Shown here piece after piece: positions 62,083 to 64,000 of a stretch of DNA of 64,000 nt (position 1 is its first letter; every line of letters starts with the position of its first letter). Position numbers and translations under genes: made by a program. The stretch is from Oikopleura dioica (taxonomy: Eukaryota; Animalia; Chordata): the NCBI GenBank assembly GCA_907165135.1, contig OU015568.1:12958001-13022000 (forward strand). Direction: 5' to 3'. Under the pieces are notes generated by a model, which made no database searches, was not told the origin of the DNA, and saw only the letters and a list, made by a program, of their open reading frames with translations.

Positions 62083-64000
62083 TTAATTTTCGTCCTCAGA
62101 CTCGCCAGAATCCGCGTTTGAAGAGACCGCTGAAGAGTCATCTGAATCATACATGATGCCCGGCTTTTGAATTGGAACGTAATGAGTTTTCGAGTTTTCC
62201 TCGATTTTCAGCAGCTAAAAGTAGTACTTAATTGAATGGATGCTCGGAAGAGAGCTCATTACCAAAATAGCAGTATGAATATGAGAGCGCTTTGCAGGTA
62301 AACGATGGCAAGGGTACCAGCCCCAAACGATGACGCCTTTCATTCCATTTTTGGGGCGCCAATCGCCCCACGAACGAGCCCCACCGCAATTTCTCCACTC
62401 GGTCTTTTCCCAGTGAACGAATTGAGGACCGCCACGACGGAAGCCGTCCAAATTTGATAACACTAAAAATTGTTGGTCGACAAAATGGATTCTTTTTACC
62501 TTGATTGGAGTCATTAATTATGGCAGTGCGATGGAGATCGTGGTCAGAGAGCGACGACAGGGTGTCAAGTGAGCTAACTGAACCATCCAAGTTATTTTGG
62601 GCGACGTTTTCGCCAGGAGTAGACGGGATGGTGCCGACCCACGTTTGTGCAGCTTGGTTTTGCTCTGTCGTACTTGTTCTGAATTTTTTATAACAGCTTA
62701 TTGATTTATATTGACTCGAATTCAACCTTATCACGGAAGAGAGCGGAACATTTTCAGGAAGCCCGATTCCGGAATTACACGAAATGCAACTCAACAAGCA
62801 GTCCCCAATAAAGCGCAAAGTTCCTTCGTAAATTCCAGTGAAGGAAACTTCATCCCCAGCCAGTTCTTTTACAGCGTCGTGTGTTGATGTGTAAGATGTT
62901 AAAATAGGAGATACGTAACTAGGATATCCAATTGGCTAAAATGATATCAATCGAGGGTTTTGCATTGGTATTTTACCTGATCACAACTCGAGTTGATAAT
63001 GTTTCTCAAAATAGCCCTAGCGTTTTGAATTGATCCCCTCTCAGGATTTTGATTTCTCACAAATACAAGTTCCTCTTGCTGCGCCGCCCAATTTCCTCTA
63101 ACACTTTCCGAGTTGATTTTGATAATTTTGAAGCTCAACTGGCGCCGCACAAGCATCATCAATCTGTAGTCGCTGCTCTCATCTTCAGTCACAATGTGTC
63201 GAAACGAAAATAACTCTGGTTCGTTGTTCAAAACCGCTTCACGCCACTTTGGATCATTCTCGTGACAAATTACCGTCTTCCTTGCAGTTTCAATCTCTTT
63301 CCAGAGCTTGGAAAACGTGAGCTCACTGCTGGCCTCTCCAACGGTTAGTTTTCGCAACTCGTCGCTCTGTAATTTAATCGCCAGTCGTAAGGCAGGCGCA
63401 ACAATTTCATTCAATAAAGCCATGTCGTCAGTGAAAACCCACTCATCCGAAAAATCCGGCATGATGTTACCCTGGAACATTTGATAGAGCCCATTTAGGA
63501 ATATTGTCGCATCCGCAGTATTGCCAGCTTGTGACGCATTTGAGATTGCTTTTCGTCCGACAATGGACAGGGCAAAAACCAACGTTAGAAAATTCGTCGG
63601 ACATTCGGTTTCTTCAGGGTGTGTCATACTGAAACAGTGGTTTGCCCAGTGGGAATAGTGAAGCAAGAACTGGACTTTGCTGACCCCTGCTTGTGCCAGA
63701 TCGTAGTCAACATCAGTGTTGTGTGAAAATGCGACAGAAGTGACGACTTCGAAGTCAGAATCGTAATTTTCTCGATTCAGCGTCTTTATCAACTCATTTT
63801 TCGGATCCAATAGCTCGTCAAGTCTTTCGTACTTTGCCGCGAAATAAATGATGCATCTGGTGAAAGATGTCTTTACAAGTTTTCTGTAGTCATACATCCC
63901 TAGAAAATCGGTGCTAGAATCACAAATTGAATATCCAGGCATAACATAATTCTTCTGAACGACTCGCCAAGTCATCAGTAGATTCTTGAAAAAGGCGCTC
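62083..64000 (-). CDS. PCNX: Pecanex, C-terminal part (gene continues beyond window)
   Basis: [81 protein letters not shown]. Confidence 0.93.

Overview
Eukaryotic, extremely compact animal genome; features (30-60 nt introns, some GA-AG introns, co-oriented gene runs with TTTAG/TTCAG directly before ATGs, chordate-type genes, house-type secreted proteins) point to the larvacean tunicate Oikopleura (inference). About 37 intron-containing genes are visible. They include a 14-gene + strand operon-like run at 7.9-24.9 kb (RUFY, CDC73, DHPS, HOGA1, COX16-like, TBCC, COX19, SLC25A33/36, ARPC5, ABITRAM, TRMO, an SGNH-esterase/RS-domain fusion), plus QSOX, two C-type-lectin paralogues, a B4GALNT-like glycosyltransferase, a ZP protein, a myosin regulatory light chain, an 11.5-kb LRP-type receptor and the 3' end of pecanex. 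The most striking unexplained layer is seven non-autonomous DNA transposons, delimited by reading TIRs and target-site duplications, that sit on or next to splice signals. A 2.4-kb hAT-type element in coding exon 1 of the B4GALNT-like gene creates a perfect GT-AG intron and carries an intact passenger micro-gene and a 56-bp hairpin array. A hAT-type MITE in an LRP exon could be spliced in frame. Others expand a 34-nt intron, duplicate a likely trans-splice acceptor, or interrupt a lectin exon. Together they look like snapshots of a transposon-to-intron pipeline. No rRNA, tRNA or CRISPR array was found. Exon boundaries were read by eye and are approximate unless stated.
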